NCBI RefSeq assembly: GCF_018350175.1
Contig: NC_058368.1
Span: forward strand, 20,896,001-20,960,000
Length of the DNA stretch: 64,000 nucleotides
Reading direction: 5' to 3'
Source of the DNA: Felis catus
Taxonomy: Eukaryota
Of this stretch, positions 13,601-25,500 are shown piece by piece; position 1 is the first letter of the stretch, and each line of letters starts with the position of its first letter. The notes under the pieces were generated by a model that searched no databases, had not been told where the DNA came from, and saw nothing but the letters and a program-made list of their open reading frames with translations. The position numbers and the translations under genes are program-made.

Positions 13601-15814
13601 CGCGACCGGTCCGTCTATCCCCCGTGAGATGGTCAGATGAATTGTAAGCATCACGGAGCTCAGAGGAAGGAGGGCACAGACTCAAGCTGGAAGATCTAGG
13701 AAAGGCTTGTGCCTCGAGGCTATGCATTAAAAGACTAATAGGTGTTAGACCAGAACAGACGAGAAAGGGAGGGAAAGTGCAGGATGGGGAAGATCTACCA
13801 GGGAGAAGGAAGTGTGAGAAAAGACATCCTTGGAGAAAGTGTGATGGAAACCTTGAATAGCAAGCCAGGATGTGAGAATACGACATGCTATCCAATCTAT
13901 TCAAGCCAAGAGAGACATCAGCCCTGCCACACTCAGACCCTCACCATCCAATGGCTTCCCAGGTATTAGCTCTTGCCCACCTTCCTCTGCGTGTTTGTGA
14001 ACGGTGACTCTGAGCATTGCAGTCCCCTTTCCCTTATCTTATGACAACCCAGCCCTTCTAATGGCCACACCTGTTCACGGTCGATCTAAACAGGGTTACA
14101 AGTCTGGCAGACCCCTCACTGGAGTTCAGTTTTTGCAGCTTTGTCCTGATCTAATCTGTAATCCAATTTGCTACTTAGTCTCCCCAAGCCCTTATCAACA
14201 TTTTAGATTTCAATGTGCCTTTTCTAGGCTGAATATCTGTGTTTTCAATTATGTCACCCTAGGTGAATTACCCTTCCATTGTTCAAGGTCAAACCTCAAG
14301 TTGTTATTTCCTGCCCATACAGCTAGTCCCTTTCCCCTCCATCCCTTTGGGGCAGTTTCTCAATTGTCACTGGCGTTCCCAGATCCTATCTCTATCAGGT
14401 TTCATCTGTAAACTTAATCACAAAGCTATGCCCCATTTGGCTTCATTTCATTCCATGGCAGAAATGTCCGTTATGCATCCATTCTCTACAGGCACCCTGG
14501 GCTCCAAAGATATAGTAGATATGTCCTTCTGTAGCTATATAAAAACAAAAAGCTGGGGGGGGGGTCCTAAAAGGAACTAAGTGGGTTTGATTTCATTCCC
14601 ATTGTTGAGTCCCCTCCCCCGATCACAGACCCTCTGGTCCTGCACTCATGTTTCTGTGGCCGCAGAGGACTCTTTCTAGCACAGGTATTCAAGAAACGAT
14701 TGTTAAAGCAGAGAGGGGAGGGCAGAAGCAGAAGGGGCTAAGTCAGAACAACTCTGAAAAACAGTCACTAGCTCAAGTCTTCTCAGAGGACTCTGCCCCT
14801 TCCTACCCCAGGCTCAGCCCGGGGTCCAAACATATTTTCTCTTTGAGCCTTCTCTCAGCAAGGCTCTGACAAGGGCAGAGCTATTGGTGCCCTGCTCATA
14901 CGTCGCATCCAGTGTCTGAGTTTAGCCTTGCCTTTCTCTTTCCTACATGCTGCATGCCGTATTGCTTCTATAGAGGGAAGCACCCCCAAGTATATTATTT
15001 TAGGGTGCAAGGAACCCCATGATACCCCAAACATAGAAAGGCAGCCTGTGTGGATCAGCCACATAGCTCACCTCTCACTTCTAACTATGAAAACTTTCAG
15101 AGACCGATCTGCACCTTCCCATTATACTCCAGCAACGTTGATGGCCCCGGCAGCCCTTTGCTCACGGTGCTATCACTTAAGTCGTGTGCACTGGCTGACT
15201 GCCCCACTGCCTGCCTTGTGAACAGAAACTGGGAGCAGGAACCGTAAGTGTTATCAATTATCTTTGTGACCCCCGCCCCCGATCTAGCACATAGCACGTG
15301 TTTGGTAAATGTTCATTGAATGACTCCTGAAACAAATAAATACTAGAGGCTATAAATTGTCTTGTCAGATATGGTTTTTGTCCCACCAACCAATTGCTTT
15401 TGGTTGAATCCTTGGTTTTCAATTTGTTTTTAATGAACATAATCCTTACTTCAAACAAATACTTATTTGGAAGACCCCAGCCCCCCAAGATATAAAATGA
15501 TAATAGTGGAGATCTTCTTGTTCACATAAAATGGAGAGCCCTCAGAAAGCCTTGATACCACCTGCTTGCCCGCCACCCCCCCACCCCAAATGCCCCCAAG
15601 CTAAAATACTCATTCGACTTCCCTCCCCATTTTAAGTTCTTCACTTTGCTCAATCAAGGTCTAGGCCAAATCTTTCTTTCCTCATGAAGACTAAATACTC
15701 TCTGATCACCCCATCTGTGGGGTCCTCTCCCTTTTCTGGAAACCCTATTGGCTACCCTACTCTTATGGCCAGAGTGTGTACCAACAAATATTCTTGGAGT
15801 CTTCCTAAAGATCG

Positions 15815-15990
15815 AGTCCAGTGATACGCGTTTTAAGTACATTTTCCCATCTAATCCTCGGAGCAGTCCTGTGAGGGAGATGCTATTATTATCTTATTTT
15901 ACTGATGAGGAAATAGAAGCTCAGAGAGGTTAAGCAATTTGCCAAGGTCACACCGCTGTTAACTGGCACTGCTAGGATTTAAATATGAGC
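15815..15990 (-). mobile_element. MIR
   Basis: ATTTTACTGATGAGGAAATAGAAGCTCAGAGAGGTTAAGCAATTTGCCAAGGTCACAC is the antisense MIR core. Confidence 0.85.
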
Positions 15991-17559
15991 TACTTGTTTC
16001 CTGTTTTAATGAGACATTATTTCATCTTTCTAACTAGATTGGTAAGCTAAAGTTAGCTTACCAAGAACTATGTCTTTAATTCTTTCCCTCCTTGCTCTAT
16101 TCTTAATACAGTGTTTAGCCCTCAAGAAGAGTATAATTAATTATTTTTCAGAGATTAATTGGTTCCCCGAAGTATATCACATAGTTCCTCACCTCCTCCT
16201 CTCCTAACATCTATCCGGGTAGAAGCTGTCAGCTTCTGAATAGGTTCTGGTCTCACTCTCCTTCCTAAAGAAAGTTGTGTTTCTAAAGCTTGCAAAGACA
16301 GGTTTCTGCTGCTGAGAATATTAAGCACTTCCTGCAAAGGCTGGAAGCTAAGCAGGACTTTCACAGGAGGGAAAAAACAACAGTGACCTCGTCAAATGGA
16401 GTGGGGAGGCTCGAGGCAGGAAATCGAAGGTACTGTCAGAACAGCTCGAGGGAGAAAGAGGGGGTGACTGCAGAGGAAAGAGAGACTATTTAGATTTTTA
16501 CCACTTGGGACCCTCTCCCCAATTTAACTTCTGGACTAAATTTTAAAAACAGCCGAGTAGTAAAAGCCCTGCTCTCTGTGAACTCTGGCCCCTCTGCCTG
16601 TTTGGGATGTCACAGAGAAAGGCTGCACATTGTGCAGCTGCCCCAAGGGGATGTCCAGCGGCCCAGGTGGGGTGATTGACTGCGGGAAGCCCCAGGGGCC
16701 CGCCTGCCCACCACCCTCCCTGCACCTGCGCTGTGCATAAACAGAGGCCTGCCTTCTGCAGGGGCCCCTTCCTGACCTCCCCCAGCCCTTCCCCTCAGGC
16801 CTTGCCCCGTGGGCCCTCATACTTGAAAATTAACCACAGGCTTAAAGAGAAAGAGAAGATGGCTATGGGAGCCCAAAACAGGCAAGTGGAAATACCTGAT
16901 GAACAGACGAGAGACAGAGTCCTAATAAAATAGGCAGCTCTGTATGCTACTTTTAGCATCTCGTGCCTCTTAAATATCAACGTTACGTCCTTGCTGCAGT
17001 GCATATAACAATATTGCTAAAATGCCGGGTGCTTAACCGCACTTTTGTTCTTTGTGTCCATTTCAATAGCTGGAAGTTATTTCAGTACAAGTCTCACTGG
17101 TCATGAAGCATTTATTTCAAATACCTGTCTTTTTTTTCCCCTTTTTTTGAAATACGATAAATGGTCCTCAGTGACTGATATATACGTAATACGCACGGAC
17201 AACCAATATAGTTTGCCCTTTAATGACTTTCACAGAAGGCAAATGAGGACAAGAGCATTTTCATAAAACGAAGCACAGGCTCGCGTGCACACAACACAAG
17301 CAACATGTGCTTTGTGTCCTCACACACTTGTGAGTTTTGACTGAGACAAACAAATATTTGTGTTCAAAACTAAAATCATTCCGTTCGTTATGTACTGTTG
17401 GAAGTAGCCACCGTTATAATAGACACAAAACTTCAAAACAAAATCCTTTAAGTGCTGAATCGAAAATGTTCAGGGTTTTCTATCAATTTCCTGATTCTCC
17501 TAAGATGTGAGTCATAGGGATAGCTGTTCAGCTATGTCTTTTTCTCTTTTTCCTTTTTA

Positions 17560-18840
17560 TAAAAAAATTGGAATACATTATGCAAGACACAGAATAAAAA
17601 CACATAGGCTGAAGGAAAATTGTTTGTGGAGGGAGAGAATAAATAAATGAATGAATGTACAAGTAAATAAACCTCATAGCAAAGCCACTACAAGTAAAGT
17701 CAAAAGACAAAAGCAATCTAGGGGAAAAAATGCAAATTACATCAGAAAAGTCTTGGGTTTTTTTTTAATATATAAAGAGCTCCAACAAATCACTAAGAAA
17801 ACCTCCAACAAGCCAATGTTAAAAAGGAGCAAAACTGATGAACAATTCACAGAGAGGGAACTAAATATGGTCCTTCAAAGTATGAAAAGATGCTTACTGT
17901 CATTCAAATAAAAATAAATTAAAAAGAATTCTGTATTGGGGGAAGATGTGAAAATAGGTTGAGGGAGATGAAAAGATAAACAACCTTTATGGAGAACAAT
18001 TTAACCTCAATACATCAAAACTGCAAATGCGTTTGCCTTTTGACCCAGCGATCACAATTCCTGGAAGAGATCTTATATATGTTATTTTACACATGCAAAA
18101 TGACATATGTACAAAGTTATTTACTACAACACTCTAATAGCAAAAAGTATTTTAAAAATCCAAATGGTGGTCAACAGGGGACTAGTTAAACAAATTATGG
18201 TACAGCTAGACAGTTCTTTATCTGAAACCCTGGGGTTTGAGGCGGTTTGCATGTCAGAACTTTGTGAAATTTAGAAAGCTAATGCAGTGGATGTACCATA
18301 TATTATGTAACACTCTAGAGTGTTCTGGGGCAATACTCGGTAATCAAATAGATTAATATTTCTGCAGGAAAAAAATATGAATAGTCATACCAAGTGGGTG
18401 AAATACAACTCCCCTCAGTCCAAGTCATATTTCGTCGCCAAATGAGTTTGCCGCAAACTTAGGAAAATTTTTGGTTTTCAGAGATTTTTTGAAGCTAGGG
18501 CTTACAGATAAGAGGTTGTAGGCATGTCTATCCATACAACAGAATACCATAGAGCTAGAAATAAATTAAAATATAGTTTCTGTGCTAAATAATCTCCAAT
18601 ATATACTAAATTTAAAAAAAAGACATAACCCTTTGGGTACAAAAGGGGGGAAATATTAAGGAATATATGTACATGCTCATGTAGGCCAAAGATGGGTCTG
18701 AAAAGAGTACATCTGCTTCTGGAGAGAGGAGTAGGAGGAGTCTAGGAACTATGGTAGGAGCCAGACTTTCCACTGTATATGCTTGCATAGCTGTCCTATG
18801 TAAATATATTACCTATTCAGAAAAAATAATACACAATTAC
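17560..18840 (+). mobile_element. old L1ME-like ORF2 end and 3'UTR, split by MER46C
   Basis: Degenerate ORF2 peptide IYKELQQITKKTSNKP...MKRCLLS; the sequence resumes after 18526 as TATCCATACAACAGAATAC. Confidence 0.75.
18203..18526. mobile_element. MER46C-like TcMar-Tigger MITE
   Basis: TA|CAG...TTATCTGAAACCCTGGGG...GCCAAATGAGTTTGCCGCAAACTTA...CAGATAAGAGGTTGTAGGCATG closely follows my recollection of the MER46C consensus. Confidence 0.8.
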
Positions 18841-18934
18841 AGGTTTAATTGCTAAACAAAATGTGTGTATGGATTACCAGCCGTTGATCAGGCTTTATCC
18901 TCACATGTAAGTTCTGAGAAACACAGAGCACCTT

Positions 18935-19350
18935 GCAATGAATACCATCTATGGGCCAGGCGCTAAGCTGGGTGCACTGCTCAGATTATAGCTGGTCATG
19001 TGAGGTAGGCATTAGTATCCCCATTAAAATTTCTTTTTAATATTTATTTATTTTTGAAGGAGAGAGAGACAGAGTATGAGTGGGGGCGGGGGATGCAGAG
19101 AGAGAGAGGGAGATACAGAATCCGAAGCAGGCTCCAGGTTCTGAGTTGTCAGCACAGAGCCCCACGCGGGTCTCGAACCCACAAACCACGAGATCATGAC
19201 CTGAGCCGAAGTCGGACGCTCAACTGACTGAGCCACCCAGGCGCCCCAGTATCCCCATTTTAGAGATGAGGAAACCAAGGTTCAAGTCAAACCACACAGT
19301 AGTAAGTGGTAGATCTAGATTCATACCCAAGGTGCATGACCCTGAGTTCT
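18935..19350 (-). mobile_element. MIR interrupted by a Can-SINE
   Basis: GTGAGGTAGGCATTAGTATCCCCATT|SINE|TTAGAGATGAGGAAACCAAGG reconstitutes the MIR core. Confidence 0.75.
19026..19247 (-). mobile_element. Can-SINE (SINEC_Fc-type)
   Basis: TSD AGTATCCCCATT at 19014-19025 and 19248-19259. Confidence 0.97.
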
Positions 19351-19713
19351 ATAGCACAAAAGAACATTGGAAAATGAGAACTAGGTGATTACCTACTGAG
19401 AACACGTGTGGAAGTTATGACCAGATGATGATTCTTTTCTTGAACACAATTCCTGGAACATTTAAGATTCTTCTCTGTTCTGATTCCTCTGAGCATTGCT
19501 CATGATATAAAAACAACAAAGCCTGCAGACAAGGAGTCTGTGCCCTGATTAAGGGCTGGGGAGGTGAACTCTTCCATCATAAAGAGCTGAAGCCCTGTGG
19601 GGCCCATTATGGATATGTCTGCCCACAACAGACAGGCAGTCTGGTCCAAGAATGCTTTGTCTTCTTCCCCAGATTGCTCATGAGCACTGGCTGGGGAGGG
19701 AGAGGCAGGAAAG

Positions 19714-20325
19714 TGTATTTTTGACTGAGTATTTTTGTCTCCTCAAAACTCACATGTCGGAATCCAAATCCCCAATGTGATGATATCTGGAGAGGGAGTC
19801 TTTGAAAGGTAATTAGGTTGAGATTAGGTCATGAGGGTGAACCCCTCATGACGTGATTAGTGCCTTCTTAAGAAAAGACACGAGAGGGGCGCCTGGGTGG
19901 CTCAGTCGGTTAAGCGTCCGACTTCGGCTCAGGTCATGATCTCGTGGTCCGTGAGTTCAAGCCCCGCGTCGGGCTCTGTGCTGACAGCTCAGAGCCTGGA
20001 GCCTGTTTCCGATTCTATGTCTCCCTCTTTCTCTGACCCTCCCCCGTTCATGCTCTCTCTTTCTCTGTCTCAAAAATAAATAAACATTAAAAAAAAAAAA
20101 AGACAAAACATGAGAAAGCCTGGTTCCTCTCCCCGCTCTCCATCATGTGAGGATGTAAGTAGATGGCCTTCTGAAAACCAGGCCTTCTGAAAAATCTCAC
20201 CAGACACCAGTCCTCCGGGCACCTTGGTTTTGGACATCCCAGCTTCCAGAACTGGGAGAAATAAATACGTGTTCATTAAGCCACTCAGTCTACAGTAATT
20301 TGTTATGATAGCTTCAGCTATCTCT
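19714..20325 (+). mobile_element. MaLR solo LTR (MLT1A-like), interrupted by a SINE
   Basis: CCCCAATGTGATGATATCTGGAG...GGTCATGAGGGTG...CCAGAACTGGGAGAAATAAAT...TAAGCCACTCAGTCTAC. Confidence 0.85.
19886..20099 (+). mobile_element. Can-SINE, young felid SINEC_Fc type
   Basis: GGGGCGCCTGGGTGGCTCAGTCGGTTAAGCGTCCGACTTCGG...CTGACCCTCCCCCGTTCATGC...polyA; degenerate TSD AAGAAAAGACACGAGA / AAGACAAAACATGAGA. Confidence 0.97.
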
Positions 20326-20711
20326 AGCTCTGGAAAGACTCACCTTTTGATCTCAAGTACTGTATATTTGAAAGTACAGTTTGAAATTCATCAAAATTGA
20401 CAAATACTAATTAGATTTATCTTTTCAGTCATTAGTCCCTTTGTTCCATCGTTGAGAAAAACAAAGTAGGACAGTGCATACTGTTCTCAGGAGCAAACAC
20501 ACCAAACCCACTGAGGTGGGACAGACTGATGGATTTGGGGTTGGCTCCAAAACATACAGAGTCTCTCCCTTCCCAGAACCCCCACAGGCTACACATCTCC
20601 CAGTCTTATGTCCCCACCTACCAGGGACAGGAGCTAGAGGGGAATCTCTGAATTAAGCTGACCTTTAGCCAAAGACTCCAGAAGAATTCAGAAAGAAGTG
20701 GTGGGTTCTAA

Positions 20712-21030
20712 CAGCTGACATGGACTTTGAAGCTGAACTTGTAGAGTGACCAACCGCCAGTGTTTTTTGCCCTGGGACTGTCTTGTTTTTGCACTGAAGG
20801 TTCCACAGCCCATCAGGACTGGACGAATCAGGATGATTTGTCACCCTGCCTAGGTTTCAAACCCAGCTCCACCGCTTTTTAGCTGTGAGACCTTGAGCAA
20901 ATATCTGAACGACTCTTTGTGAGTTTCTCCATGCGTAAGACGGGGAGAATAATAGCACCCGATCCACAGGTTAGATGAGTATTTATAAGTGCTGGGAACA
21001 GTACTTGGTAAGAGCTGTATGAGTATTTGT
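20712..21030 (+). mobile_element. MIR interrupted by MER81
   Basis: GGACTTTGAAGC|MER81|CCTAGGTTTCAAACCCAGCTCCACC...AGCTGTGAGACCTTGAGCAA. Confidence 0.75.
20742..20848. mobile_element. MER81-like hAT-Blackjack MITE
   Basis: Inverted ends TAGAGTGACCAACC / TTTGTCACCCTG, about 107 bp, interior TTTGCCCTGGGACTGTC...GCACTGAAGG. Confidence 0.75.
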
Positions 21031-21557
21031 CAAACAAAAGAAATTACGTTAAGCCTCGTGGAGTCTTATTGTGGCTGTTTACAACCAATGTGTGCAGCAG
21101 GGCGTTGAGCGCTCTTAAGCTGCATGACTGCATTGGTGGAGACGGAAGCGTGAGGCTACAAGTATCTTTCACCAGGATAGCTATTCAGTGAGTCAACAGG
21201 CTACAAAACCAAAGCAAGAGACCAGCATTTCCTTTATCTCCGCATCCTCTCCCGCCCTTGTCATTTCTCCATTTTTCATGTCAGCCATTCTGACAGGTGT
21301 AAAGTGGTGTCCCATACGTCGTTGAGGCAAAGCTGGTGCCACGACTGTGAGACACAGTATGGAGATTCCTCAAAAGTTCGAAAATAGGATTACCCTCTGA
21401 TCTAGTAATTCCACTACTGGGTATTTACCCAAAGAAAATAAAAAAACGCTAATTCGAAAAGATATATGCACCCCTATGCTTACTTCAGCATTATTTATAA
21501 TAGCCCAGATATGAAAGCAGCCCAAGTGTCCATCAATAGATGAATAGGTAAAGATGT

Positions 21558-21667
<110 letters not shown>

Positions 21668-21964
21668 GGAATACTACTTGGCCATAAAAAAGAGAATGAC
21701 ATCTTGCCATTTGCAACAACATGGATGTATCTACAGGATATAATGCTACGTGAAATAAGCCAGACAGAGAAAGACAAACACCATGTGATTTCACTCACAT
21801 GCAGAATTTAAGAAACAAACAAACAAATGAAGAAAAAGAGACAAGCAAAGAAATAAGACTCCTAAGTACAGAGAATAAACTAGTGGTTGCTAGAGGAAAG
21901 ATGGGGGAGGGGACCGGTGAAGGGGATTATACGATGAGCTCTGAGTAATAGATAGAATTGTTGA

Positions 21965-22050
21965 ATCATTATATTGTACCCCTGAAACTAATGCAACACT
22001 GTTAAATATCAAACAGTGTTGCATTAGTTTCAGGGGTACAATATAATGAT
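21965..22050. repeat. perfect 39-bp inverted repeat with an 8-nt loop
   Basis: 21965-22003 is the exact reverse complement of 22012-22050. Confidence 0.97.
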
Positions 22051-22179
22051 ATATATATGTATATATATATATATATATATACGTATATATACACGTATAT
22101 ATATGTATATATGTATATATATGTATATATACGTATATATGTATATATATGTATATATATGTATATATGTATATATATG

Positions 22180-22227
<48 letters not shown>

Positions 22228-22228
22228 T

Positions 22229-22267
<39 letters not shown>
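22049..22267. repeat. compound (TA/TG)n-(GA)n-(GATA)n microsatellite
   Basis: Direct reading. Confidence 0.98.
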
Positions 22268-22497
22268 CCAGCATTTCTTTTGTCCCACCTCAGCCCACCC
22301 TTCTGATCCTTGCTGGTTCAAACCTCTTGCCCTAACTGATGGGCACACAATCAGCTCACGATAAATACTAAATGAAGGTGTAAATGGTTCTTACACAGGC
22401 CTATCCAGGGTGGCTCCAAGGAGTTTGTATCTTTGCTTTCTCCTGCTTATTTGCAAAGGAGTATAGCTAATGCTAAGGTTTCGGGCATACAGCTTAC

Positions 22498-22534
22498 CTA
22501 TGATGAGATTTCCTGATACTGTAAAATGAAGTAA
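22498..22534 (-). other. candidate small exon (37 nt), gene unknown
   Basis: Minus strand: strong acceptor cccttctctcttctctgcag and donor TAG|gtaagc; no recognised homology. Confidence 0.2.
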
Positions 22535-25500
22535 CTGCAGAGAAGAGAGAAGGGTCCTCTTCTTTGGCAGTTATTTACGGTTCTGATCTGTGGGTAGCCT
22601 GAACACAGAAATGCACGCATCAGTCATAAATCGGTCAGCGCTCCGGACACCTGAAGCCTTGAGAGCCTGTGGCGCGGCTTGGCAGGCTGCTTCTGCAGAG
22701 AAGTTTGCACAGTCGTCCACATGCACACACTCAGCCACTTCCATGCCCGCCTGGGCAAAACCGTCTGCATTCTGGAGACCCGCCAGGACACGTGGGTCTG
22801 CCTGCCTGCCTGCTGGGTTCCACCCCAGCTGAGTCCTGAGTCAATGGTGGGGCCGGTGGCAGAACCACAGACCTCAAGATGTGCAGGCAAGCTTTGCAGA
22901 CGTCTCCACTCCTGCATTGCTTAACCAGCAGCATATGTTTTTTTGGCTAAAAGGTGTTTAAATGAAATCATTTTTTCCATATTACTTTGAAAAGTTTATT
23001 TCATCAGCATGAAAATGTTTAATAATATTATTGGGGGGGTTAAAAAAATAAATCATCATTTTGAAGATGTTTCTTTTTTATTCACTCAGGGAAAAGAACA
23101 CAGTGATATTTAATCCTTTCCTTAAACGATGCAAGTGACTCCGCCTTTAGATGAACAGTACTTCGGGAATCAAACAGCACAAATGTCTGTGCCAAAACAG
23201 AGAAGGAAGATTTGTTCCCTACAGACCGGTACTGGTGTAAGGTGACTGCTTGGGTTTGCTTTGAGTGATGATGGTAATAAAATAGAGCAGGCCCCCTACC
23301 CAGTCAGCTTTGCAAGGTCACTCGTGTGCCACTAGGAGAGTACGTGCCAACGCCAGTATCCCAAGGCTGGAAGATTCTGGAACTGTAACAGCTGTTTCCC
23401 CAGAGAGCCACATTCCATCGAGGGGGCAAACGCTTCAATGGAGAAGCTCCAGGGATCTCTAGAAGGCTGGGCTGGGGGATTCAGCATCTAGCCTCCCCTT
23501 TCATTCAGCAGAAAGCACTCCTCTCTGATCATTCTCACCCTGAGCAATAAAATCAGACTGCCCCAAGCTGCTATCCCAAGCAGAATTACTCCTAGCATGT
23601 GCCCTAGTAAGCTGAGGACAAAGAATGCAAAGGAAGGCCTGCCTAGTGTAATAGGTCTAGACACTTCAGTTATATAGCATGCTAACAAACGATTAAACGG
23701 GTCTACTCCTCTATCTTAATAGATAAACCTGGAAGGCTTCCCGCACATTTAGAATTTACTCCTCAGAGCTCAGCACTGGAACTTGGAGGCTTAGGGAAAG
23801 CTGGACCCTATCACCCAGCTCCTGGCCTGTGACACATCCTCCTGCCCTTTCCTCCCCTGGTTCTGTCCAACAACACAGAGGGCTGACATCCCAGCCCTCA
23901 CCTCTAAACTCTGTCCTCACTGCCCACACAGCCCCCCATTGGCCACTGCTCAATGCCAGACACGTTTGCACACAGACCCTGGAAGGGGGCTTGGGCTATT
24001 GAGTAGTCATCCAGGGTCCTGGGTCGCAACTATCTAGAGTAACCTAGAAGAGGCAGTGTAAGTTCTGAGTGGTCACAGGGGCAGGGGCAGGCAGAGGGGA
24101 GCTGAGAGGAAGTCTCTAAAAAGCAGGACCCACATCTGGCCTCAAACCCAGGTAATCAGCACTGAAGAGAAGACAGACAGAAAACACCAGCAAAGGGCAC
24201 AACAGGGCGATGCCCGGTCAGGACTGCTGAGCTCTCAGATTCAGGGGCAACTTGTGTTTCCCTGAGCTGGAGGGAGGTAGCGAGAGGAGAGGAGAGGACA
24301 CCAAAAGGTCTCAGTGATGCTTTGCTCAAGGGGTGTGAATGAAAGAAGACAAGCATTTAACTTTAACAGGATGAATCAGGGTCGACTATTTGGGACTTGG
24401 CATGGGCTGAAAATGGTGGATCAAATTTTTATCTCTGGAGATATGCCCTGTCTCTCACAAACGCGATGTCAAAGAAAGGTCAGACATTAAAGTAACCACA
24501 AGGAACCTAAAAATATGTTCTTCATAGCTGTAGAACTTTGAAGAGCTTTTCTTTTTAAATGAAGGGGAGGGGGGCGGGTCTTAATCAAGTCTCCTTTCGA
24601 AGTCCTAATGGTTTTCAGGTTTTCTCAAGACCTTTCTATAAAACCAAAAGACACAGATGAATTTAAAAAACAAGTTTTTTAAGCACATATGGGAGAAAAA
24701 TAGGATCCAAAGCCTGAGGTTTGGTGAAAGAAAGAAATCAAGAACAGAGTAGCAGAACAGAAGTCTGTGTGTTGATGAGAGCAAATGAGGCACCGAATGA
24801 ACATAAGGCAGAGAGGTGATCTCATGCATAGCCTCTTGAGACTGTATGTATGATGCAAGCACTGTATTTAGTCAACACTTTGTTCCAAGAGATTCAATCT
24901 TCCTCTACCTACATTAAATCCTATCCATATTCTATAAGGCAACTTGTATTTCTTCACAGCCCTTCCCTTTCTGTGAGAATCACAAAACCCTATCTTCTCT
25001 TCTCTGTACCCTTAATCTTGTCCCCACAGCCCCAAGGGCCACATGGTGGGGACGGATTACTATAAGAATGAGGTACCTCCAGACTTGGGCGTAGGGATTA
25101 CAGACTATGAAAAGAAACTCAATGGCCAAGAATTGAGAGAAGAGGCCAAAATTACTTTTGCCACCAGTGAGAAATTTTAGATTTCAAAAGATTTAATAAC
25201 TTGTCCTAAAGCAAGAGTGGAAGCCAGAAGGAGACTGCAGACTCCCAGGTACTGATCCCTGCTCCAGGCATCGGGGTCCAAGCACAGCCCCATTACCATT
25301 ATCCCTGCACAGGGTAGAGCCCCAAAGCATAAGAAGATGATAATACACAGAGGAACTTTGAAGAGCAGCATGAAAATAATTATGGGTTGGAAGGATTTAC
25401 TCCAAAGGCTTAAATGTATATAACCTGGCCAAGCGATCACATCGCTATAAGGAAATACGATAGTGGTGGATAAAGAAACAAGCATCCAAAGGGCATAAAC

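Noticed and set aside
15101..15243. Possible plus-strand exon (tttcag ... CC|gtaagt)
   Set aside because: Weak polypyrimidine tract, no recognisable peptide and no compatible neighbouring exons found
16600..16820. GC-rich patch as a possible CpG-island promoter
   Set aside because: Short and CpG-poor; no other promoter evidence
19886..19960. tRNA-like A/B box sequence
   Set aside because: Head of a tRNA-derived Can-SINE followed by a CT-rich body and polyA; not a tRNA gene
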